Assembly: GCF_009914755.1 (NCBI RefSeq)
Contig: NC_060927.1
From: the human T2T-CHM13v2.0 reference genome, Homo sapiens
Strand: one strand, 5' to 3'
Length of the DNA: 64,000 nucleotides
The position numbers were made by a program, and so were the translations under genes. Under the pieces are notes generated by a model. The model was not told the origin of the DNA. It saw nothing but the letters and a program-made list of their open reading frames with translations, and ran no database searches. Numbering within the stretch: the first letter of the stretch is position 1; the number at the start of each line of letters is the position of its first letter. Below are positions 1 through 10,035 of the stretch, piece by piece.

Positions 1-283
1 GGGGAAGCAGCTCCTAGGGTCTCTGAAAAACAGATGGGCTGGGGCAGGAGTGGTCGCCTGTGGTCCCCCTGTGGTGCTGGCCAGGGTAGAGGGGGACAGA
101 GAATTCCCAGGTCAGGACAGGAGCAGTCCCTGAGGACCGTGAAGCAGGCTAGAGAAGCAGAAGCGCCCTAGGTCAGAGTAAGAAGAGCTCTCAGTTTGGG
201 ATGAGGAAGCTGCAATCCCTTGGCTCAGGGCATGAGCAGCCCCCAGCGTGTCTGCGGTGTGGGCCAGGGCTCAGGGACTGTAC

Positions 284-484
284 CTTTCCTCTGGCGCTGG
301 GCCCGGCCCAGAGAAGTCTCATCCCCACTGGTCAGGGCCGGGTCTGGCTGGTTGTTGTTAGCTGCATCCTTGCTGGTGTCCAGCCCCAGGCGCCTTTCAG
401 AGCCCCAAGTCTGCAGAGCACAGGGGGCTGCCTCGCACTCCCCCAGGGCTGGCCAGTAGGACAGGAGGTCATTGCCATCCACAT
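284..484 (-). CDS. CELSR3: CELSR3 exon 33 (cytoplasmic tail); gene continues off the left edge
   Basis: CAG|ATGTGGAT...AAAG|GTAC; DVDGNDLLSYWPALGECE; 201 nt, phase 1/1. Confidence 0.93.
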
Positions 485-810
485 CTGTGGAGCCAGGTCA
501 GGTTACAGGAGCTTCTGGGTTGATCCCAGTGACTCATGACCCCTGACCCTAATGACCCTTGAAACCCTGGCTGTTCTCATTGAGCAGAGGTGGGAACAGG
601 AGGGTATCTCCTCAGAGATCAATGGGTGGGGGTGACTGGTGAGCTCCCTCCCCTTAACTGGAGGTGGACAGAGACTAAAAGTTGGGGAACCTGATGACTG
701 AGGGGTCAGAAAGACCAGGATGAACCCCAACCGCAGGAAAGATGGGGAGCTGGAGGGATAACAAATGGGGCATCCCTTGGTCACCCAAGGGGTCAGAGGG
801 CGCCTGGCAC

Positions 811-969
811 CTTTGGGGTGGGTGAGGAGCCTCTCACTCTGGGCTGCTCGGCAGAGTGGCCGTTGGAAGCGCCCCCGCGTCCGGCCATTGTCCTCGCTTT
901 CTGAAGATGGAATGGAGAGACTCCTCTCCTCCTCCAAGGACAGGTCACTGTCAGAGTCGGAGTCTGCGC
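811..969 (-). CDS. CELSR3: CELSR3 exon 32 (cytoplasmic tail, acidic DSDSDSDLSLEEE)
   Basis: CCAG|GCGCA...AAAG|GTGCC; 159 nt. Confidence 0.93.
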
Positions 970-1317
970 CTGGAGTTGGGAAAGTCAGAAGTACTTTCAG
1001 AGGTAAGGGACTTGGAGATAAGGGAATTTGGAGTTGAGGGTCTAGAGGTGGGTACGGCAAGGGGGTTAGGGTTGGGGACAGGAACCGGGGCTTGAAGTGG
1101 AGGTAGCAGCAGAAGGGCTGGGACTTATCAGAGGGAAGGACGAATCAGGAGTGGACTGGGAGAACCAGGGCTGGAGAGGTAGGTGCCTCCTGAGGCAGGG
1201 ACCCTGGGGGAGATCGTCCCACCCCAGTCAGCCACTGCTCCCAGTATGGGGTAGAAGAAAAGGGGATGGGGAGAGATCCTCTGCCTCCCTCCTCCCTGCC
1301 CCAGGCCCCAACTCCAC

Positions 1318-1427
1318 CAGCATCTCGATGGAACATGGCCACGTCCAGGTCAGTGGGGCCAGCATGAGCCTGGAGGCTGTGGTCAGTGTGGTCAGCGGCT
1401 GAGCCATGTCGAACCAGGACATTGTCC
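1318..1427 (-). CDS. CELSR3: CELSR3 exon 31
   Basis: CCAG|GGACAAT...GCTG|GTGGAG; DNVLVRHGSAADHTDH; 110 nt keeps phase. Confidence 0.9.
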
Positions 1428-1695
1428 CTGGAAAAGCAGGAGCCCCCCCACCATGAAAGAGGGATGTGATGGGGTGCCTTGGAGGCTGGAGTGTCTTTGA
1501 GTGCACAGCCAGCTGCGGGTGGAATGGCATCCCTGGGTGTGTGTGGTGGGAAGCATTTAGGGCAGAGGCAGAAGCAGGGCCCCAGATGGCCAAGATGGGT
1601 GGAGCCACCCGCCCTAGGACCTGGTCAGCCAAGCCCTGGTAAGGTGGGGCTGGACTAAGCTGAGTGTTCCCTCACAAGGAGGCTCTTCCTCTCAC

Positions 1696-1844
1696 CTGAG
1701 GTAGCTGCGGCCCCGCTGGCTGTCCTGGTCCTGGGTCCGGCCGGAGCGGGCACTGCTCACAGAGGAGACGGTGGAGGCGCCCAGAGTGATGCGGATGAGG
1801 CCACTCTCCTCAAAGAGAGCCGTGTTGTTGTAGGCCCCAGGTCC
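1696..1844 (-). CDS. CELSR3: CELSR3 exon 30
   Basis: CCAG|GGACCT...CTCAG|GTGAG; GPGAYNNTALFEESGLIRITLGASTVSS. Confidence 0.93.
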
Positions 1845-1926
1845 CTGGGGGTGGTAGGGACAGAGTGTGAGCTAACCCTGAAGCAGCCTAAAACTCTGGC
1901 TTCTCAGGGCCCCCATCCCGACTCAC

Positions 1927-2043
1927 CAGCCCAGGTGCTGGCCTTGCCTCCTCAGGCGCTGCCTTCCTGCCCAGACAGGCTGGCATCCAGGCAGCCCGAG
2001 CATCTGCATTTAGGACACAGAAGAGCAGCAGCACCGCCAGGCC
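1927..2043 (-). CDS. CELSR3: CELSR3 exon 29 (TM7/helix 8)
   Basis: CAG|GGCCTG...CTG|GTGAGT; GLAVLLLFCVLNADARAAW. Confidence 0.95.
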
Positions 2044-2513
2044 CTGTGGGTCAGCGAGGGTCAAAGCAGAGTCGGCAGGGATCAATCAGGGACCAGTATA
2101 AGTCACTGTGGGTCAGCAATGGGGTCAGTCACTGTAGGCTAGTGTGGGTCAGTGAGGAGCCCATGCGGGACTCAGTAAGGGAGTTGGGGAAGGTCAGCAG
2201 GGGAGAGGATGGAGCAGCAGGAGTGGCTGGAGTCTGTAAGGTCGGTGTGGATCAGCAAGGGGTCGGGAGCCTTGGTGTTGGTGAAGGTCGATCCAAGATC
2301 AGCACTCAGTCTGGGATCAGTGCCTAAGTTAGAGTCAGCTCCAGGCCTGGGGGCAGCAGCTAGGGCCAGTGTCTGGTCTGGGGTAGTACCCAGCCTGGCA
2401 AAGTTATCCAGTAAGAGTCAGCTCCAGGCCTAGGGTCAACGTCTGCCTAGGGATGGCCCCAGCCTACTGAAGGCCCACCTGGTTCTGGGGCAAGGGAGGG
2501 GCACCAGAGTCAC

Positions 2514-2640
2514 CTGGAGGCCGCAGAGTCCAGCATGGAGGTAGTGGAAGGCTAGGATGCTGTGGTTGACTGCCAGGAGCCCAAAGAGCCAGGAGGCACT
2601 GACCAGCAGAAGCAGCAGGAAGGAGCTGCGAAGGGTCCTG
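2514..2640 (-). CDS. CELSR3: CELSR3 exon 28 (TM6-7); NAGNAG acceptor, start 2640 or 2637
   Basis: CACAG|CAG|GACC; TLRSSFLLLLLVSASWLFGLLAVN; donor CAG|GTGAC. Confidence 0.93.
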
Positions 2641-3153
2641 CTGTGGGGACATGGGAAGACACAGGAGGACATGCAAGGCTCATGTAGGACTCATGCAGGG
2701 AACACGGGAGGACACACAGGGGCCACACACGAAACGTGAAAAAAAGGAACTCACACGGGAACATGGAGGTCTCTGGAGGACACTGGGGGAGATGGGAGGT
2801 CCCACAAAGAAACAGGAGAGCAGTCAAAGAGCCATGAGGACACGTGGGGAAAACACAGGGGTATGGGAGCCACAAGGGAGGGCACGGAAGACAGGTGGGA
2901 ACACACAGGGCAGGGGGCAAAGTGAGCCACCCAGGCCATGGGAGACTCTGGGGGGACCCAGAGGACAAGGAGAGACAGCAGGGCAGAAGCACATGTGGGG
3001 CTACAGTATAGCGAGGGCGCCAGAGAGGGACCACAGGTCAGGGCAGGTGTGACTTCATTCCTTCATCTAGAACTTGGAGCCCAACCTGCACCAGGGAAGA
3101 TCTGGGGGCCCCAGACCCCACCCAGGAGGGACCTGCCATCCTGAGAAGCCCCC

Positions 3154-3240
3154 TTCCTCCAGCCAGCCAACTCACAGTGCAGAGGTCTTCTTGGCCTCCC
3201 TCTGCCCTGTGGAGCAGGATGTGCGGGCAGCGAGGAGAAA
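3154..3240 (-). ncRNA. MIR4793: pre-miRNA hairpin MIR4793 overlapping the CELSR3 exon 27 donor
   Basis: Minus strand contains ACATCCTGCTCCACAGGGCAGAGG (3199-3222) and TCTGCACTGTGAGTTGGCTGGCT (3161-3183), which match my recall of miR-4793-5p/-3p; arms pair (CACAG-GCAGAGG with CCTCTGC-CTGTG). Confidence 0.85.
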
Positions 3241-3255
3241 CATGGTCCCGTTCAT
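3176..3255 (-). CDS. CELSR3: CELSR3 exon 27 (TM5/ICL3)
   Basis: CCAG|ATGAAC...GCACT|GTGAGT; MNGTMFLLAARTSCSTGQREAKKTSA. Confidence 0.95.
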
Positions 3256-3675
3256 CTGGACCCACGGCCAGACATGTGGGGCCGGGCAGGGCAGAGAGAG
3301 AGAGAGAGAGAGAGGCAATGAGAGACAGAGAGAGACTAAGATTCACGGAGAGAGGCAGAACCAGTGAGAAATTCACACATATACACACACACCAAAGGAG
3401 CTTAGCATCACAGAAAAAGAAATTGGGAACCAGAGAGGGACTGAGAGAGAGAAGCAGAGACAGAGGCAGGGACAGGCAACTGAATCTCTGACCCCGCGCC
3501 CCCATCTCCATGCCAGTTGAATGGGGGTGGCTACTGACCAGAGGACAGAAAAAATGAAGGCCGAGCCCAGGAAGCCTGCAGAATGCCACCTGACCGCCCT
3601 CAGCTGAGTCCACTGCACCTCCTCCCCCAATGAGGGAGGGAAGTACAGAGGGGGCACCAAGTCCAGGGCACTCAC

Positions 3676-3788
3676 CACTATGACCAGGACAACAGGGCCA
3701 GCAAAGCTCCAGATGAGGGGCTCGTGGACTGAGATCCAGCAGAAGTCAGGGTTCCCATAGCCCTCAGGGTCCAGGCCCACAGCAAGGC
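3676..3788 (-). CDS. CELSR3: CELSR3 exon 26 (ECL2/TM5)
   Basis: CAAG|GCCTT...GTG|GTGAGT; GLDPEGYGNPDFCWIS. Confidence 0.95.
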
Positions 3789-3994
3789 CTTGGGAAGAGA
3801 AAGGGTAGGACTGAGGGTGTGTGTTCCAGAGCTGCTGACCAGCCCATGTATGGGAGAAAGCATGGGTGAGGGCAGAGCAGCAACCCCATGAATAGATGGC
3901 TTGGGGTTTGAGGTTGGGGGTCATGAGCAGGAGTGGGGACAGGGTCAGGGGTCAGGCCATGTGATGGTTGGAGGTTGGGGGTCACAGCCCTCAC

Positions 3995-4169
3995 CCAGCA
4001 GCACAGCAGGGACGCCCCAGCCCAGGGCATGGTAGAAGCGCATGGCGCCGCGGTCCACGTTGCGTGGCTCAACCTGCATGCGGTAGAGGTGCAGCCCCTG
4101 CACGAAGAGCCACGCGAAGGTGCTGAGGAAGAAGTAGTGCAGGAGGATGGCGACTGCAGTGCACACCAG
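3995..4169 (-). CDS. CELSR3: CELSR3 exon 25 (TM3-4)
   Basis: CAG|CTGGTG...CTGG|GTGAG; LVCTAVAILLHYFFLSTFAWL...GWGVPAV (adhesion/secretin-family 7TM motif). Confidence 0.96.
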
Positions 4170-4402
4170 CTGAGGGCAGGGGGGCGTGTCAGGACCTCTC
4201 CTGCCTCACCCACCTCTGACCCCTACCCCAGGCATCTGCTTCCCACCTCTCACCCCTAAACCACAATATCTTACCCCAGCATCCTGCTGAAAACCCTGGC
4301 CCCAACCTGAGCATCCCTGACCTCTGACCCTGAGTTTTGGCCCCAGGCCTCCTGGGCCAGTAGGGTCATCAGGACACAAGTTCCCTGGCCCTGATCCTGC
4401 AC

Positions 4403-4609
4403 CTGATTGTGGGTCCTGTGAATCCCCAGCAGGAAGAGGAGCTCTGCCACCCCCAGGGCGGCTGCCACATTGGCATGGATCCCACGCACATTGGACTTGA
4501 GGCTGCGCAGGCTCAGCAGGATGGCTGCAGTCAGCACCAGCGCAGCCACAGACACAGCCACGACCACGTGGGTGAACACAGCCAGCAGCTCCAGGTCGCC
4601 CTCCAGCCT
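4403..4609 (-). CDS. CELSR3: CELSR3 exon 24 (TM1-2)
   Basis: TAG|AGGCTG...CAG|GTGCAG; LELLAVFTHVVVAVS...GIHANV. Confidence 0.95.
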
Positions 4610-4701
4610 CTACAGAGACAGGGATGGTTGATGGGTTGTTGGGCAGAATCCCCGTGTCCCTTTGACCCCCCACTTCCTTGGGACACTGAACACAGCCCCA
4701 C

Positions 4702-4828
4702 CTCACGGGGAGAGGCATCCATGAGGACCCCAAAGGTCCCTGTCCGGCTGCAGCGACACCGTGCGTGGGACCCATTCCTGTGCACCAGCTCGCAGTCCCG
4801 TGCTGTCCACACACCATGCTGCTCCGCC
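4702..4828 (-). CDS. CELSR3: CELSR3 exon 23 (GPS motif)
   Basis: CAG|GGCG...GAG|GTGGG; GVWTARDC...CRCSRTGTFGVLM. Confidence 0.96.
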
Positions 4829-5049
4829 CTGCAGCCACAGGGCAGTTAGACACAACTGTGACCCAGTGTCAGGCAGGGGTTTGTGAGAGATCATGGGAAG
4901 GGCTGAGGGTGCCTGGAGTTGGGGTACAGCATTCCTCATGGTCCGGGTTGCACAACAGCACTAGTGGGGGCCCCAGGGGAAGGCTGGGACTATTAGTTGG
5001 CCTCCCAAGGGCTAACGGGACCAAGGGTTTCCAGAATGGGGGTCCTCAC

Positions 5050-5217
5050 AGGCCAGGTGGGTCCCACTGCACACAGATCGCCTTGCTCCGATTCGCTGTC
5101 TGTAGCAGGCGAAACTCTAGGCTGATGGGGGACTCCAGGATTCCCCTTAGGAAGTTGCGTCCGTGGAACACAGCCACGCTGACCACCGGGGAGTTCATGA
5201 CGGGGTTCTGAGGAAGC
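5050..5217 (-). CDS. CELSR3: CELSR3 exon 22 (GAIN)
   Basis: CCAG|GCTT...GGCCT|GTGAG; LPQNPVMNSPVVSV...CVQWD. Confidence 0.94.
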
Positions 5218-5722
5218 CTGGGGAGACACCCATCTGGGCTTACGCACTGCTGACCTCCCCATGCTCAGCCTGCTTGCCTCACCCCGTCTTCATGCCACTC
5301 GCCAGGGCTGACCCAGGGTCTGGGATGTCCCCAGAGTGGAAGCTGTTTCTAAGAATCCCTCCAGCTTCTGCTGGGCTGCTGAGGGGCTGAGCAGCTCCAG
5401 GGGACCTGCAACTGTTTGCCTCTGATTGCCCTCCCTCCTACCCCCATCAGTCAGCCTGTCCTTGTCTGTCTCTGTCAGCCCTTTGGTCTGTCTGTACCTG
5501 GCTCATGGATCCCTCCTGTGTGTGGCTCTGTGTCTGTCAGCCTGTGGCTCTGTCACTCTGCACAACTCCAGAGAATAAGATTCACACAGAACCCGGCAAG
5601 GATGGGGCTCCCTGGAGCTGTGCTCCTCTCTGTGTGTTGTGAACCTACGCATCTACCCACCAAAAAAGGGGCTGCCAGGCTGAGAAGTTCGTAGGAAGCT
5701 CAGGGGTGAGGGGCCTGAGTAC

Positions 5723-5888
5723 CTGGCACCTCGGCGTTCTGCCTGGAACTGGGCAGGGAGCAGTCCCCCTAAGGTGCGGTAAACGAGGAGAATGATAATG
5801 GAGATCCCAGGCTCTGGCTCTGGCGGGGCTGGTGGGGGGACCACACTTGAGGTGGTGGAGTTTTCTATGCTGCTGCTTGTGGGCAGAA
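5723..5888 (-). CDS. CELSR3: CELSR3 exon 21 (GAIN)
   Basis: GCAG|TTCTG...GCCAG|GTAC; IIILLVYRTLGGLLPAQF. Confidence 0.94.
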
Positions 5889-6107
5889 CTGCCAGGAGAG
5901 AAGGAGGAGCTTCTGTCAGTGACCTTTGACCCAAAGCACCCACCAACCCAGCTCTGAACCCGATCAAGCATGGGGGTCTCTTCCCTGCAGGAGCAGAATT
6001 GGGGAGTGCAGGGAGCATGAACCCAGAAAGTAACAGTCAAGGCCTGGGAGGGGTCATTTGTGATGAGGGAGAGGCTCTGACAAAGTGAAGGTGTGGCAAG
6101 GTGGACA

Positions 6108-6689
6108 GTGGAGGGGAGATGTGGGAGGGAGGGTGGAGGGGAGATGTGGGAGGGTGGAGGGGAGATGTGGGAGGGTGGAGGGTGGAGGGGAGATGTGGGA
6201 GGGTGGAGGGTGGAGGGGAGATGTGGGAGGGTCGAGGGTGGAGGGTGGAGGGGAGATGTGGGAGGGAGGGTGGAGGGTGGAGGGGAGATGTGAGAGGCAG
6301 GGTGGTGGGTGGAGGGGAGATGTGGGAGGGTGGAGGGTGGAAGGGAGATGTGGGAGGGAGGGTGGAAGGGAGATGTGGGAGGGAGGGTGGAGGGGAGATG
6401 TGGGAGGGTGGAGGGTGGAGGGGAGATGTGGGAGGGTGGAGGGTGGAGGGGAGATGTGGGAGGGAGGGTGGAGGGGAGATGTGGGAGGGAGGGTGGAGGG
6501 GAGATGTGGGAGGGAGGGTGGAGGGGAGATGTGGGAGGGTGGAGGGTGGAGGGGAGATGTGGGAGGGAGGGTGGAGGGGAGATGTGGGAGGGAGGGTGGA
6601 GGGGAGATGTGGGAGGGTGGAGGGGAGATGTGGGAGGGAGGGTGGAGGGGAAATATGGGAGGGAGGGTGGAGGGGAGATGTGGGAGGGT
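6108..6689. repeat. G-rich minisatellite/VNTR in CELSR3 intron 20, about 22 units of roughly 21-35 bp (core GGGTGGAGGGGAGATGTGGGA)
   Basis: Direct count of GAGATGTG cores; almost no C on the + strand. Confidence 0.97.
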
Positions 6690-6800
6690 CTGACACTGGG
6701 GAGGTCTAGAAAGGGGAAAATTGGCAGGAGGGCAACATAGTATCTGGTTGGGGGGACAGAGAGACAGGACTTGGCCCAGGGGTCCCCTAGGGGCTCTCAC

Positions 6801-6956
6801 CTTCAGATGGGGATGGCCGTGGGGACTGGGAAGGCAGCAGCACATGGGTGTGAGGATCCCAGGCATCCTGGCCTCGAAAGAGGTTGCTATGGTAGCGAGG
6901 GTAGCGACGGGCCCCCCGGGGAGAACTGGGGTGCTCCATGCGGTCAATGCTGAGCA
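6801..6956 (-). CDS. CELSR3: CELSR3 exon 20 (GAIN)
   Basis: GTAG|TGCTCAGC...GAAG|GTGAG; MLSIDRMEHPSSPRGARRYPRY. Confidence 0.94.
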
Positions 6957-7225
6957 CTACCCAGGAGAAAGAAAGGGGAGGCCCATCATGGACCTCTTCC
7001 CCCTGCCAAGGGTTCTACTCCCTCTTACTCGCATCCCGCACCTGAGTCCCACAATCTGTTTTCTGTGCTACCAGCTCGGAGCCTGTCCCTACAAAACGCT
7101 GAGGGCGGTGGCTGAGTCTCCTGCCATTAACATTGGCATTGATAGCCACAGCCCCTCAGACCTTCAGGTACCTGCCCTTTCATGGCCCCCCTGCTGTGCC
7201 CCGCCCTACCCCACCCACAACGCAC

Positions 7226-7421
7226 TGATATTAGGCGTCACCAGCCCCATGGGATTCAGGTATGTGAGTTCCATATTCCTTGCGAGTGTGGCTGCATACT
7301 CCTCCAGGTGCCTCACCAGTCCCGCGCTGCCTGGGGAGCCCCCAGGGGCCCGCTGCCCCAGCGCCGCCCACAAGTCCCCTGTCTCTGGGGCAAGCAGTGC
7401 AGAGCCGGCCCACAGCAGATT
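7226..7421 (-). CDS. CELSR3: CELSR3 exon 19 (GAIN)
   Basis: CCAG|AATCTG...ATCA|GTGCG; NLLWAGSALLAPET...YLNPMGLVTPNI. Confidence 0.94.
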
Positions 7422-7678
7422 CTGGGAAGACAGAGATAGAATTGGGTTCAGCCAGGTGGTGAGGATGTATGAGGGGATAGGGCAGGCATGAGAGGTCTGG
7501 ACAGGTGCTCAGAGGGGCTCCAACAGGCAAGGGGGCGGGGCTGGAGAGGACAAGGACAGAGGGAGAGCCCAGGACCTTCACTTCCCAAGAGAACAGCAGG
7601 AGCCTGAGCTGGGGATCCAGGGGCAGGAGGCTGGGAGCTGGGGGGCCAAGGCACTGAGAACATAGGGCACAGCCCCAC

Positions 7679-7888
7679 CTCATTGAAGTGGGCATCCTGT
7701 GTGGCTGTCAGCCCGAAGCCCTGCTGATGGCTCTCGAAGGCCAGCAGGTGGGCCAGCAGGCGGGCAGTGACTCGAACATCTTGGCTAAAATAGTGGTCAG
7801 TGTGGCCAGTCACCTCCCGTAGCCGCTGAGCCAGCTTCTTGGCCTCCATGGTATCCAGTGCCGTCTTGTTCAGCTCTAGGCCATCCAG
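7679..7888 (-). CDS. CELSR3: CELSR3 exon 18 (GAIN)
   Basis: GCAG|CTGGAT...GAG|GTGGG; LDGLELNKTALDTMEAKKLA. Confidence 0.95.
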
Positions 7889-8080
7889 CTGCCAAGACAA
7901 GGAGATGGTTGCTCTGTGGTCCCTTAGGCCTTCCTCTAAAGCTTCACAGGGAGAAAGCCTTGCCAGATTAAAGGGCAACCAGGAAAGGCTCAGGAGTTCA
8001 AGGGCTAGGGTGTGGTATCTGGGGCCCACCACAGGCCAAGGAAGGTCTTAGGTTGCAGGAAAAGGTCTGGGCAGTCTCAC

Positions 8081-8175
8081 CAGCAGACTGAGCTCTCGAA
8101 AGGCAGGGGAGGTACAGTTGAAGAGGTCGGGCTCCAGCCAACCCTGGGCCTCATCACACAGCCGCACAGCAGCAC
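8081..8175 (-). CDS. CELSR3: CELSR3 exon 17 (hormone-receptor domain)
   Basis: CCAG|GTGCT...CTG|GTGAG; GAAVRLCDEAQGWLEPDLFNCTS. Confidence 0.94.
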
Positions 8176-8864
8176 CTGGAGGCAGGCAACCCCTGGTCAG
8201 GCCTGGGGCCTGGATACCTTTGCTGAGGAGATAACCGCAGCACCCTCTCCTATGCTGGGGGAATCCCTGAGGCAGAAGTCAGAGTCATGAGCATCTATAG
8301 CTGCACCCCTGGAGGTAGCGGCCCAAGCCCAGGTAGGCCCCAGCTGCTTGTCAGGCAATTCCTGAGAGGGCTGTAGACCATTCTCAACCAGCAACCACAC
8401 AAAGCACAAGGGTGGGGCTGCACACACTCACCCACGTGGGCCAGGACTGGCTCATAGATGTGCTGGTTCACACAGACACACACCAATGCTCACCAATTAC
8501 ACACAGATGTATGGACCAGACCAGTACGCAGACACACAATGCTCTCTCGCACACACACAGACATGCCAACACAGAAGAGGGCTTCTAGGAACATCCAGTG
8601 AAAGTCAGGTGGGAGGATTCTCACACAAGTTTTAACTGCCCCAGTGGTTACTTTGCTGTCATTTCTCTCCCTTGTCTCTGGGGTTGGGATGGAGGTTGAA
8701 TGAGAATTGACTTGGATCTTAAAAAAGTTTGTAGCTACCAACAAGAGAGAGCCTAACTTAATCACAGAATCCCCTCCCCGCAACAGGTTCACAGACACGT
8801 GCACAGGCACAGAGATACACACGTGAGCATGCGTACACAAACAATCTCTGTCCAGCCACTGCAG

Positions 8865-9180
8865 AGACCTCAAGCAGCAGGGAGTGTTCTGAGGGGACCT
8901 CAGGCAGTGGGGAGGGGCCCCCAAGCAGCAGGAAGGAGCTATAGGGTCCTCAGACTGAGGAGGGATCTTTCGTGACCTCAGGCAGTGGGGAAAGTTCTAT
9001 GGGGACCCCAGGAACTGAGAAGGGGTCAGCAGGGTCCTCAGGCAATGGGGAGGGGTCTCTGAGGATCTCAGGCATCAGAGAAGGGCCCCTGGGGTACTCA
9101 GATAGCCAGAAGGGGCCTGCAGGGACTTTAGGCAGCAGGGAGGGGTCTGCAGGGACCTCAGGCAGCAGGAGGGGTCTGCA
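8865..9180. repeat. Degenerate ~30-bp tandem repeat (GGGACCTCAGGCAGNRGGGAGGGGTCTGCA-like), about 10 copies
   Basis: Recurring CTCAGGCA...GGGGTC; ORF 8950-9372 shows 10-aa periodicity (PEVPADPSLL/PKVPAGPFWL/PEDPADPFSV). Confidence 0.8.
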
Positions 9181-9234
9181 AAAGCTCTGGTAGTGGGAGG
9201 GGGCAGTGCACCTGAGCAAACACGTACCCCTTAC

Positions 9235-9249
9235 CTGCACCCCGCAATC
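9235..9249 (-). CDS. CELSR3: CELSR3 15-nt alternative microexon (adds GLRGA) between exons 16 and 17
   Basis: Polypyrimidine tract TGTTTCTCTTGGCTTCTGGGCAG|GATTGCGGGGTGCAG|GTAAGG; phase 1/1, frame-preserving. Confidence 0.8.
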
Positions 9250-9439
9250 CTGCCCAGAAGCCAAGAGAAACAGATGGAGGCTCAATGAGGGTGTAGGGAG
9301 GGGCCCACATGGACTCCCACCCCACTTCCACCTCTTTGCAGGAACAAAGCCACCCAATTTAGGAAAAGACATGGCTCTAGCAGTCAGAGTACAGGCCCAC
9401 CCCCACCCTCAGTGATGTCCTTTCCCCCCACATACTCAC

Positions 9440-9541
9440 CCAGGGCCCCCCGGGGACAGGGCACTGTGGCCAGGACGCCAAACTTTGTCTGGGGCCACCA
9501 CACACCAGATCTCAGGGACTTAGGGCAGGCATCATAGAGCA
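9440..9541 (-). CDS. CELSR3: CELSR3 exon 16 (hormone-receptor domain)
   Basis: CTAG|TGCTC...CTGG|GTGAGT; VLYDACPKSLRSGVWWPQTKFG. Confidence 0.95.
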
Positions 9542-9851
9542 CTAGAGAGAGAAGAGGTGCTGAGCCAGGCAGTCAGGGTACAGGGCAGTTGACAGCCACA
9601 CCCACTGCCCCTCCACCACCCCCCACAAGGCCCACTGCCCGCCACTCCTGCTGGCTTCTCAGGAGCTGACCTGTCAGATTCTGTGACAGGTCAGCAAAGT
9701 ACTTGGGGCAAAGGTAGGGTTCCCTGGGTGTAAGTGGTCTCCCTCAGGAGAAGCTTCCAGAGTCCCCAAGGAGCCATGTGTGCCACTGACACGTGATGGT
9801 GGCACACTGGAACCAGCCCTCTATGGGTGGAGCTGGGTGGAGCCTGCTCAC

Positions 9852-10035
9852 CCCGGCAGCCGCTGGCTGTCACCTCTGCGAAGGGACTGTCACAGCTGTT
9901 GCACTGGCGGCCAAGGGCTCCTGGGCGACAGGGGCACTGCCCGCTGTGGGGTGCACATGAGCGCGAGGTGGAGCCCACAGGGTAGCAGTCACATGGGAGG
10001 CAAGAGTCACTGCCCCGCGGTCGGTAGTGGAACTC
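9852..10035 (-). CDS. CELSR3: CELSR3 exon 15 (laminin-type EGF)
   Basis: CAG|GAGTTC...CGGG|GTGAG; CLPCDCYPVGSTSRSC...CPCRPGALGRQC. Confidence 0.95.

Noticed and set aside
6037-6947. Repetitive 200-300 aa ORFs on both strands
   Set aside because: Translations of the VNTR
6108-9180. Tandem arrays as CRISPR-like loci
   Set aside because: No unique spacers, no cas genes, mammalian intronic context
8950-9372. 140-aa ORF with 10-aa repeats overlapping the microexon
   Set aside because: Not in the CELSR3 frame; the microexon frame stops shortly after the donor; product of the tandem repeat
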